From the human T2T-CHM13v2.0 reference genome, Homo sapiens, in NCBI RefSeq assembly GCF_009914755.1, contig NC_060939.1: 64,000 bases of DNA. One strand, written 5' to 3'. The notes below the pieces were generated by a model. That model searched no databases, was not told where the DNA came from, and saw nothing but the letters and a program-made list of their open reading frames with translations. The translations under genes and the position numbers were made by a program. The stretch's first letter is position 1, and every line of letters begins with the position of its first letter. Shown here in pieces: positions 53,837 to 64,000 of this stretch.

Positions 53837-54976
53837 TGGGGGGGATATTGAGTCAATGTAGTGAGAAGTTCAGCAGGGTTTTGTTGTTGTGATGACTACC
53901 TTCAGTGTGCCACAGTCTTCAATCCCACTAGCATTGGGCTGCTGTTGCCTGGTACACAGATTGGAAGCGGGGGAGCCAGAGGGTTTTTTTCAGCACTAGT
54001 ACTTCATCTTCCACTTTTAGCCATCCCTGCATACCTATATAGCACAGAGGGTAGATCTCCATGCTCCTGCCTCTCCTCCAGTGGTAAGCTGCTGTTGCTT
54101 GCTGCTCAGTGTTTGCTAGGTTGATGGTAGAGGGCAGAAGGTTTGCTACTCTCCTGGTCAAGCATTTTAATCAGAGCCTGTGCCTCATGGATTTAGCTTT
54201 CTCATCATCTATGTCTTTCCTTCCTGTAGCAGCCAAACTCTGTCTTGTATATGTAGCAGGTTTTATATGATAGAGTGGTTCTTATGTGGGACAGCAGTAA
54301 GAGACCTCTGATGATATCAGTATGGCATTCTGGAATCAGGACCCTTTCCTGCTCTTCCTCCTGGAGTAGAGGTGTTTTTTGTTTTTTCCTTCTGATGGAT
54401 GTTTACCTGTGTCCTGAAAAGACAGGGGTTGTGTCCCCTCCCAGTGGATTATGGCTTTGCCTCATATGAGAAAAGGTTCTGGGTAGAAGAACAGAACAGA
54501 TCTTATGTATTCCTGCAGTGGCAGCTTATCCCTTCCTGCATACCTGCATAACTGAGGGTGATTTCTTTGGTTTCTCACCCTGTACTCAATCTTATTAGCA
54601 CTCAATGGAGGGCTATGGAAAATGGCCTGTGAGAGTTAATTCCTTTGTGTTTGGGGGCTCACAAAAATTTTATGTGGTCATACTAGCCCACACTTGGTCT
54701 TTAGCATTTGTGAGAATTTCAGCAGATTTCTTTTTACTTCCTTGGACAGTGGTCAGTGCATCTTTCTGCCCTGCTGAGCCTGTCTGCATAGCCTATCTCT
54801 TCTTGGGGGTGCCTACTCGCCTTTGCAATTCAGGCTACTTGGTTACTCTGCAGCATCAGCTCTTCCAAGGCTCAAGAAAAGTGGTGGTTTTGTAGTCTAC
54901 CTGGTGTTTCTTTGCTGTTAGGGTGGGAGTGACACTCCTTTCAGCTTTCTATATCCTAAGCAGTAACAGAACTCCT
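52202..54976 (-). mobile_element. Old L1M/HAL1-type element: 5'UTR + ORF1 region, inserted in a MIR
   Basis: Right end 'gttagggtgggagtgacactcctttcagctttctatatcc' resembles an L1MC/MD/HAL1 5' start; T-rich antisense ORF1-like body; TSD cctttatttta (52191 / 54983). Confidence 0.8.
53791..53832. repeat. (GT)n microsatellite
   Basis: ~21 units. Confidence 0.95.
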
Positions 54977-54982
54977 CTATAT

Positions 54983-55095
54983 CCTTTATTTTACAGAAGC
55001 ACAGCACAACCATGCAACTCAATCATGTTGCCATTAGAAAGTGACACAACTAAAACTAGAACCTATGTCTTCTGCTTCCTAGTAAGGCTCTAGCG
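54983..55095 (-). mobile_element. MIR half; other half at ~52145-52200
   Basis: 'cctttattttacaga...actagaacctatgtcttctgcttcctag'. Confidence 0.65.
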
Positions 55096-55199
55096 ATTAT
55101 TCTAACACACCTAGGATCTTTCCCTTCCTCCCATCTGAGTTTTTTTTCCTCTCTCTCTTTCTCTCTCTGATTCACATCTCATATTTCATGATCAAATTT

Positions 55200-56010
55200 C
55201 CTCCAACGTCAAGCCCTTGGTCTTCTTCCTCTCTGTGTTTTCTGTGTGGGACATTTTAGTCATTCTCACGACCTCAGTTATCATCTCCATACTGATTGCC
55301 TAAAACATCCATTTAAATCTTTATTTCTAATCCATACATGGTATTTCCACGTGTTAACTAAATATATCTAGATGGCTGTAATTTCACCCTCTCAGATTTA
55401 ACAGCTACTGAACCAAATATTTAACCTCTTAATTCCCCTGCCTTTCCTACCTCCCAATTTCCAGATCAGTGCCATTTGCTAACCCTATTCTCCTGTCAGT
55501 GGTACTAGGGATACCCTCCTTCTCCTGGTGCTTTGGAATCGCAATTTAGGACCCATCTTTTATAATTGACTGCTTATCTATACCTGCAAATCCTTATAAT
55601 AAAATAACGGCATTTCCCTCTGACCTTGCCTTCTTATCCCTTCTCTCTTCCATGTAGTTTAGGTCCTTTTGGCCTTATTACAGATTATTGCCACAGCATC
55701 TTAAATGTATCCATGGCCTATATTCTTTCTTCCGTCCAATTTCTGTTTCCTTACCTTTCCTTCCCTTCCTCCAGTTGCTAACATCCACAACATATACAGC
55801 TTCCTGAAAGATAGCTTTGTCTCATCACTTTTTGGTTTAAGAATCCGTAATAGCTCAATGTCATTTTGTGGGTAAAAATCCCAAAATCTCACATTTCAAA
55901 ATTCTGGCCCTCTATCTACTCAATATCATGTCTATTAACCTAGTGTCACTTTTTACTCTGCCTATTGGAGTCACTTTAGAGTCTACTTTTCTGAATTCTC
56001 CCCAACCTCA
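55200..56010 (+). mobile_element. L2 (L2b/c-like) remnant
   Basis: 'cattctcacgacctcagttatcatctccatactgat', 'gattattgccacagcatcttaaatg', 'aaatcccaaaatctcacatttcaaaattc'. Confidence 0.7.
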
Positions 56011-57159
56011 ACGCTCCATCTCACACACACACACAATGTATGAAGGCGCATAAATACTTACAGAATTATTGCTGACACTCTCAACTACTGAAAACAAACA
56101 GCTTTAAATATCCAATTTACTATGTGTGTCTAAATATAGGCATAATGAAGTTTCCTTTTATTGGACTGGCACAGTCATGACAATATGATTCTTTGTCACA
56201 GAAATATTCTACAAGTGAATAGTTAGTTTTGGAAAAAATATGCCATAAGGAAGAGCATCTTGATTTTCAGTGAGGAACAGTAAGTGTACTGATTATATTT
56301 AGATTTATATTCCTACATTTATTTTATAGCTGATTTAAGAAGCCTTCTCTTAGACATACCAATATGATGTTTAAATGAAAAATAGATGAGGAAAATGATT
56401 CCCAGATGGAAGTGCCTCTTTAAAATTTTGTTTTGGTCATTTGAATGAAGATTGTGTACCAAGAAGCAGAATGTCAAAGATTATTTGAAACCTGTCAAAA
56501 AGAATTACTGGCTGTTTGAGACTTTCGTTTTCTGGATGACTTAGAGCGGGGTCACTGGGCCTGGTGGTAAATCTTGGCTTGTTTGATAACTTGATTCTTT
56601 ATATATTATTCCAGATGTCTACTCCTCGGAATTATTTTATATAGGAAGGGATGGGGAGAGAAAAAGCAGTGATGAAACTAGATGGAATTGTTTAGATAGA
56701 AAGAATTCCATTTAAGTGTAATTCCCCTGATAGCATTAATTTGGTAGAAACCCTGGTACATGACCTGCTCCTAACCTTATATTGAGCAGACAAAGATAGC
56801 TTTTAAAAAAGCATTGTCAATTCTAAGCTGCAATAGCTCTGTTTGCCACCAACAATGGTACCTCATATCCTGTGTGGAAAGTAACTAATAAGGGCCTGAT
56901 TGAAGTTTTGACTTCTATTACTTCAGCCATGGTGGAGTCCCCTGAGGATGGGTGGGAAATGCCACTAAGACCTGAGTTGCTCTGTGCCGGATTTCTGAAT
57001 TTTTACCCTTACAGCAGTATTGCTGCTCAGATTCTAATAACATTTGTGTGTGTCAGTGCTTGTCCCCAATAATGCTCAAGCATTACACAGAAATGGCATG
57101 TGGAAGTTCACATTCGTCATTGCAGGACTGTGCTAGCAAACATTGGTAATTCATTTATT

Positions 57160-57350
57160 CCCTCCTCCCTTTTAATATCCCCTCCCTCCCTTCCTCCCTC
57201 CTTCCCACCCTCCGACCTTTTCCTTCCTTCCTTCCTTCCTTCTCTCCCTCCCTCCTTCCATCCTTCTTTCCCTCCTTCCTTCCTTTTTTCATTCCTTCGT
57301 CTTCTCTGTCTCTCTTCCTCTCCCGGCTTCCTTTCTTCTTTCCTCCCTTT
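57160..57350. repeat. CT-rich low-complexity tract, (CCTT/CCCT)n
   Basis: ~190 bp nearly pure polypyrimidine. Confidence 0.95.
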
Positions 57351-59463
57351 CAAAAATAGGTATTTTAAAAATAGTATATTTTGCCTTAAATCAGCTGCCC
57401 AAACCATGATTAAAAGTTGGTTGTTTTCTTTTTTGGCTGCCTTCATTCTTTCCTCTTTTAAAGCTTCTCTAGAGTATAAAGATGGCCAGATGAGGACAGA
57501 GTGGGGGAAATAGTGTAGAGAAGGAAGGAAATGTGGGATAGCAGACAGTAACGCAAAGGTTAATTGAGAGGTGTAACAGCCAAATATGAGAAGGGAAAAG
57601 TAAATTGACGTTGTAAAGAAAAAAATAGAAATGATAAACGAGTGAAAGACTTCATCCAATGATTTATGATGAGACCTCTTAATATGCAAACACTTCAGTT
57701 TTATTTTCTATACAATGGGAATGCTATTCTTTCTTGGTAAAACACTCTTTGATATCTATGTATTATAGTCAGTCTTCAATAGCAAATCATTAAGCTTTTT
57801 TTTTTTTTTTTATAAAAACAGATTTCTAATGAATTCCAGTGTCAGTTATTTTCTCTGTATATTGGAAAATATTGATTATTCAAAAATCACCCTGGGCCTT
57901 TCTGGCTAGTTCATGATAATACATTTCTCTCTTTGGCCTCTCAGGTTATAAATTTAATAAGTAGACAAATCTTAACAATTGTGCCTTTTGCCGTTTAGCT
58001 TTAGCGTGCATGTACATGCTCCAGAAATATGTAAAGCCTTTTGGATTATTAAACTTTTAGAAAATTATTAAAGTATTATTACTATTATATATATTTCATT
58101 ACCCTTTATAAGCCAACTTGAAAGGGCAAGGCTTGAACCATCTACCTGTAGGTCCACCTTCTGGTTGACCTTTTGTAAACTGATTTATTTAATTTGTCTT
58201 TTCAACTAGAATCCAATCCTGTGTCACTAAATTTGCTAAATAGATAATTTTTAAAATTCTGTAAAGGACCGTTTTTGTGGTCTAGCTCTGGAGGCTTGCC
58301 TCTCCTTCTTATTGTCTTATATTAGGTGAGGAAAGATTATAAAAGAGGGATGAGTTATTGTTGTAAAGATACTTTTCTGTTAATATATTCCATATTCAAC
58401 CTCTTGACCTATACATTACTACATTTTATATTACTTCATTACTGTACATTTTGTTATTGATTTTGATTAAATTCATTTGGAAGTCAATATTCACAACAGT
58501 AAAAACAGATGGTATGTTAGACTATTATATACAGTACATTTATCCTCCCCTATCATACCACTGAATGTGCATTAAAGATCTGGGAGTCTTTTCTGCTCTT
58601 CGGTAAATCTCATCATGAGGTGTTTCCAAAGCATAAATCGTATCCAGCTTATTACTTATCAGGGAATTCCAAGGATGTAGAGCTGGAAGACGGTGAGTGT
58701 TGATAAAGTGTTAAAACAATCCCCACTCCCCAAACTGTTCCTTTCCTCCCCTCCCAGTCCTCTCACTGGCTAGGTGAGAGTTTCAGTTTTATTTACCATG
58801 TGCTAGAAGCCTTCTGTTTGTGAGACAGCTCCTTTGCTGGCCTTGCTGATCCCTAGGCAGAGGGAGGCTTCAGCAGTTCCTGGGAAAGTGACACCTTTGC
58901 TATTAGCATCAGCTTTGTGAGGGACTACGTACAGGGCCAAAGAATGCAGCATTTCTCCGGCCAGCTGAGATCAGTCAGCTGTGATTAAGACAGAGTAATT
59001 TACCAATAGTGAAAATAGCCAATCAGCTGGAAACAGGCTTCCAAAGCTTTCAAGACACAGTCACCTGCCATCTGAGCAGCTACCATTCACCATCTATTGT
59101 TGCTGAAGAGAATAAAGATCAAGTATAGGCAAGTGCTCTTAAAAAGCTGCCAATGATGACTCATCCCCCACCCCATGCCTAGTTCCACCATTGGTGATTC
59201 TAAAATGATTAATTGTGTTAGCAATAATTTCTCATATCTGGAGAAACAAATACCCTCTTAAGAATAAAATGCTATTTTTGATATTTGGATCATCATTGTC
59301 TTTTTGCAATAACTTTGATTTTTAAAAAATAATATATAAAATATTGTGTTTCGTAAGATAGATTCAAAATAAAGGGATGGAAGAAAATTTACCAAGCAGA
59401 TGGAAAACAAAACAAAGCAAAAAGGCAGAGGTCACAATTCTAGCTTCTGATGAAACAGACTTA

Positions 59464-59802
<339 letters not shown>

Positions 59803-62800
59803 ATTAAAGATGAAGGGCATTACATAATGATAAAGTGTTCAATTTAACAAGAAGAGCTAACTATCCTAAATATATATGCACCCAATACAGGAGCACCCAG
59901 ATTCATAAAGCAAGTCTTTAGAGACCTACAAAGAGACTTAGACTCCCACACAATAATAGTGGGAGACATCAACACCCCACTGACAATATTAGACAGATCA
60001 AGACAGAAAATTAACAAAGATATTCAGGACCTGAACTCAGCTCTGGATCAAACAGACCTGATAGATGAATACAGAACTCTCCACCCAAAACAACAGAATA
60101 TACGTTATTTTCATTGCCACATAGCACATACTCTAAAACTGATCACATATGGGAAATAAAACACTCCATAGCAAATGCAAAAGAAATGAAATAATAACAA
60201 ACAGTCTCATAGACCACAGTACAATCAAATTAGAGCTCAATATTAAGAAATTCACTCAAAATCATACAACTACATGAAAATTGAACAACCTGCTCCTGAA
60301 TGACTCCTAGGTAAAGAATGAAATGAAGGCAGAAATCAAGAAGTTTTTTGAAACTAATGAGATCAAAGAGACAACATATTAGAATCTGTTGGATGCAGCT
60401 AAAGCAATATTAAGAGGGAAATTTATAGAAATAAACACCCACATCGAAAAGCTAGAAAGATCTTAATTTAGCAGTCTAACATCAAACAAAAAGAACTATA
60501 AAACCAAGAGCAAACAAACCCCGAAGCTAGCAGAAGACAAAAAATAACCAAGATCAGAGCTGAACTGACAGAGATAGAGACACAAAAAAAATTCAAAGAA
60601 TCAACAAATCCAGGAGCTGGTTTTTTGAGAAAAATTAATAAAATAGATACACCGCTACCTAGACTAATAAAGAAAAAAAGAGAGAAGAATCAAATAAACA
60701 CAATCAGAAATGATAAGGGGGAACATCACCACTGATCCCACAGAAATACAAACAACCATCAGAGAGTACTATAAATACTTCTATGCACATAAAGTAGAAA
60801 ATCTAGAAGAAAACGGTTAATTCCTGGACACATATATCCTTCCAAGAATGAACCAGGAAGAAATTTAATCCCTGAATAGACCAATAATGAGTTCTGAAAT
60901 TGAGGCAGTAATAAATAGCCAACCAGCCAAAAAAAAAAAAAAGCCCAGAACCAGATGGATTCACAGCTGCATTCTACCAGAGGTACAAAGAAGAGCTGTT
61001 ACCATTTCTACTGAAACTATTCTGAAAAATTGAAAAGGTGGGACTCCTCCCTAACTCATTCTGTGAGGCCAGCATCATACTTATACCAAAACCGGGCAAA
61101 GATACAACAAATAAAGAAATGTTCAGGCCAATATTCCTGATGAACATTGATGCAAAAATCCTCAATAAAATACTGGCAAACTAAATCCAGCAACACATCC
61201 AAAAGCTTATCCTCCAGCACTGAAGTTGGCTTCATCCCCAAGATGCAAGGTTGGTTCAACATATGTAAATCAATAAATGTGATTCATCACATAAGTAGAA
61301 CTAAAGACAAAAACCACATTATTATTTGAATAGATGCAGAAAAGCCATTTGATAAAATTCAACATCCCTTCATGTTAAAAGCTCCCAATAAATCAGGTAT
61401 TGAAGGAACATGTCTCAAAATAATAAGAGCCATATAAGACAAACCCACAGTCAATGTCTTACTGAACAGGCAAAAACTGGAAACATTCCCCTTGAAAGCC
61501 AGCACAAGGCAAGGATGCTGTCTCTCTCCACTCCCATTCAACATAGTATTGGAAGATCTGGCCAGGGCAAACAGGCAAGAGAAAGAAATAAAAGATATTC
61601 GAACAGAAAGAAAGGAAGTCAAACCATCTTTGTTTGCAGATGGCATAATCCTATATATAGAAAACCTCATTGTCTCAGCCTCAAAGCTTCTTAAGCTGAT
61701 AAGCAACCTCAGCAAAGTCTCAGGATACACAATCAATTTGCAAAAATCACTAGCATTCCTATACACCAACAATAGACAAGCCAAGAGACAAATCATGAAT
61801 GAACTCCCATTCACAATTGCTACAAAAAGAATAAGATACCTAGGAATACAACTAACAAGGGAAGTAAAGGACATCTTCAAGGAGAACAACAAACCACTGC
61901 TCAAAGCAATCAGAGATGACACAAACAAATGGAAAAAATTCCATGCTCATGGATAGGAAGAATCAATATTGTGAAAATGGCCATACTGTCCAAAGTAATT
62001 TATAGATTCAATGCTATTCATATTAAACTACTATTGGCATTCTCTACAGAATTAGAAAAAACTATTTTAAAATTTATGTGGAACCAAAAAAAGAACCTGA
62101 ATAGCTTGCCAAGACAATCCTAAGCAAAAAGAACAAAGTGGAGGCATCATGCTACCTTACTTCAAACTATAACACAAGGCTACCATAACCAAAACAACAT
62201 GATACTGGTACAAGAACAGACACGTAGACCAATGCAAAAGAATAGAGAACTCAGAAATAAGATTTCACACCCACAACCCTCTGATCTTTGACAAACCTGA
62301 CAAAAACATGCAATAGGGAAAGGATTCCTTGTTTAATAAATGGTGCTAGGAGAACTGGCTAGCCACATGCAGAAAATTGGAAGTAGACGCCTTCCTTACA
62401 CCATATACAAAAATTAACTCAATAGGGATTAAAAACTTAAATATAAAACCCAAAACTATAAAAACCCTAGAAGAAAACCTAGGCAATACCATTCAGGTCA
62501 TAGAAATAGGCAAAGATTTTGGGATGAAAATGCCAAAAGCAACTGCAACAAAAGCAAAAATTGACAAGTGGGATCTAATTAAACTAAAGAGTTGCAGCAC
62601 AGCAAAAGAAACTATCATCAGAGTGAACAGATAACCTAGAGAGTGGGTGAAAAATTCTGCAATCTATTCATCTGACAAAGGTCTAATATCCAGAATCTAC
62701 AAGGAACTTACACAAATTTACAAGAAGAAAACAAATAACCCCCTTAAAAAGTGGGCAAAGGACATGAACAGACACTTCTCAAAAGAAAACATACATGCAG

Positions 62801-62893
62801 CTAACAAGTATATGAAACAAAACTCAACATTACTGATCATTCGAGAAATGCAAATCAAAACCACAACGAGATACCAGTCAGAATGGCTATTAT

Positions 62894-63576
62894 TATTATT
62901 ATTACTCTAAGTTCTGGGATACATGTGCAGAATATGCAGGGTTGTTACATAGGTATACGTGTGCCATGGTGGTTTGCTGTACCTATCAACCCGTCATCTA
63001 GGTTTTAAGCCCTGCATGCGTTAGGCATTTGTTCTAATGCTCTCCCTCCCCTTGCCCCTACCCCCTGACAGGCCCTGGTGTGTGATGTTCCCCTCTCTGT
63101 GTCCATGTGTTCACATTGTTCAACTCCCACTTATGAGTGAGAACATGGGGTATTTGGTTTCCTCTTCCTGTGTCAGTTTGCTGAGAATGATGGCTTCCAG
63201 CTTTATCCATGTCTCTGCGAAGGACATGAACTCATTCTTTTCTACGGCTGCATAGTATTCCATGGTATATATGTGCCATATTTTCTTTATCTGGTTTATC
63301 ATTGATGGGCATTTTGGTTGTTTCCAAGTCTTTGCTATTGTAAATACTGCTGCAATAAGCATACGTGTGCATGTGTCTTTATAGTAGAATAATTTCTAAT
63401 CCTTTGGGTATATATCCAGTAATGGGATGGCTGGGTCAAATGGTATTTCTGGTTCTAGATCCTTGAGGAATTGCCACGCTGTCTTCCACAATGGTTGAAC
63501 TAATTTACACTCCCACCAACAGTGTAAAAGCATTACTATTTCTCCACAGCCTCACCAGCATCTGTTGTCTCCTGAC
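62894..63576 (-). mobile_element. Younger L1PA (PA7/8-like) 3' fragment inserted antisense into the host L1
   Basis: (TAT)n tail, 'aagttctgggatacatgtgcagaa', 'catctaggttttaagccctgcatgc'; TSD cagaatggctattat (62879-62893) / caaaatggctattat (63577-63591). Confidence 0.95.
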
Positions 63577-64000
63577 CAAAATGGCTATTATGAAAAAGTC
63601 CAAAAGTAACAGATGCTTGAGAAGTTATGGAGAAAAAGGAACACTTTTACACTGTTGGTGCTGGTGGGAGTGTAAATTTGTTCCACCATTGTGGAAGACA
63701 GTGGTGATTCCTCAAAGACCTAGAGATAGAAATACCATTTGACCCAGCAATCCCATTAATGGGTATTTACCCAAGGAATATAAAACATTCCATTATAAAG
63801 ATGCATGTATGCATATGTTCACTGCAGCACTATTAACAACAGCAAAGACATGGAGTCAAACCAAATGTCCACGATGATAGACTGGATAAAGAAAATGTGG
63901 TACATATACACCATTAACTACTATGCAGTCATAAAAAGGAACAAGATCACATCCTTTGCAGGGACATTGATGAAGTTGGAAGCCATTATCCTCAGCAAAC

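Noticed and set aside
57117-57689. Longest ORF (190 aa, - strand) and its + strand partner 57100-57513
   Set aside because: Open only because they cross a stop-free CT-rich simple repeat; low-complexity translation.
59959-62910. Reverse transcriptase/endonuclease ORF fragments as a novel RT system
   Set aside because: Ordinary decayed L1 ORF2 with many stops and frameshifts and the catalytic FADD changed to FADG; 61359-61928 is just its antisense frame.

Overview
Primate (almost certainly human) genomic DNA, intronic or intergenic, AT-rich and dominated by transposon fossils. I identified these by recognising consensus sequences from memory, so subfamily labels and the ends of old elements are approximate. 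They include nine Alus, several L1 pieces (one a long decayed ORF2 running off the right edge), many MIR and L2 remnants, MaLR/ERV solo LTRs (MLT1, THE1, two MLT2, MER21) and DNA transposons (a near full-length Charlie1, MER20B, MER5, MER91A, MER47A). No protein-coding exon, structural RNA gene or CRISPR array is supported; the listed ORFs are repeat-derived or chance. I found no convincing new multi-gene system. The best leads are mechanistic or regulatory: (1) a ~1.05 kb composite insert (740 bp of foreign DNA plus an AluY) under one target-site duplication inside Charlie1, apparently an L1-mediated retrocopy primed on an Alu tail; (2) an antisense L1 inserted into an older L1 and truncated at the homologous coordinate, forming a long hairpin; (3) a possible THE1-LTR-driven spliced non-coding transcript; (4) a near-consensus AluY that may be polymorphic; (5) a 5'-intact, ORF2-less 'half L1' with a TSD; (6) several repeat-free, motif-dense candidate enhancers.
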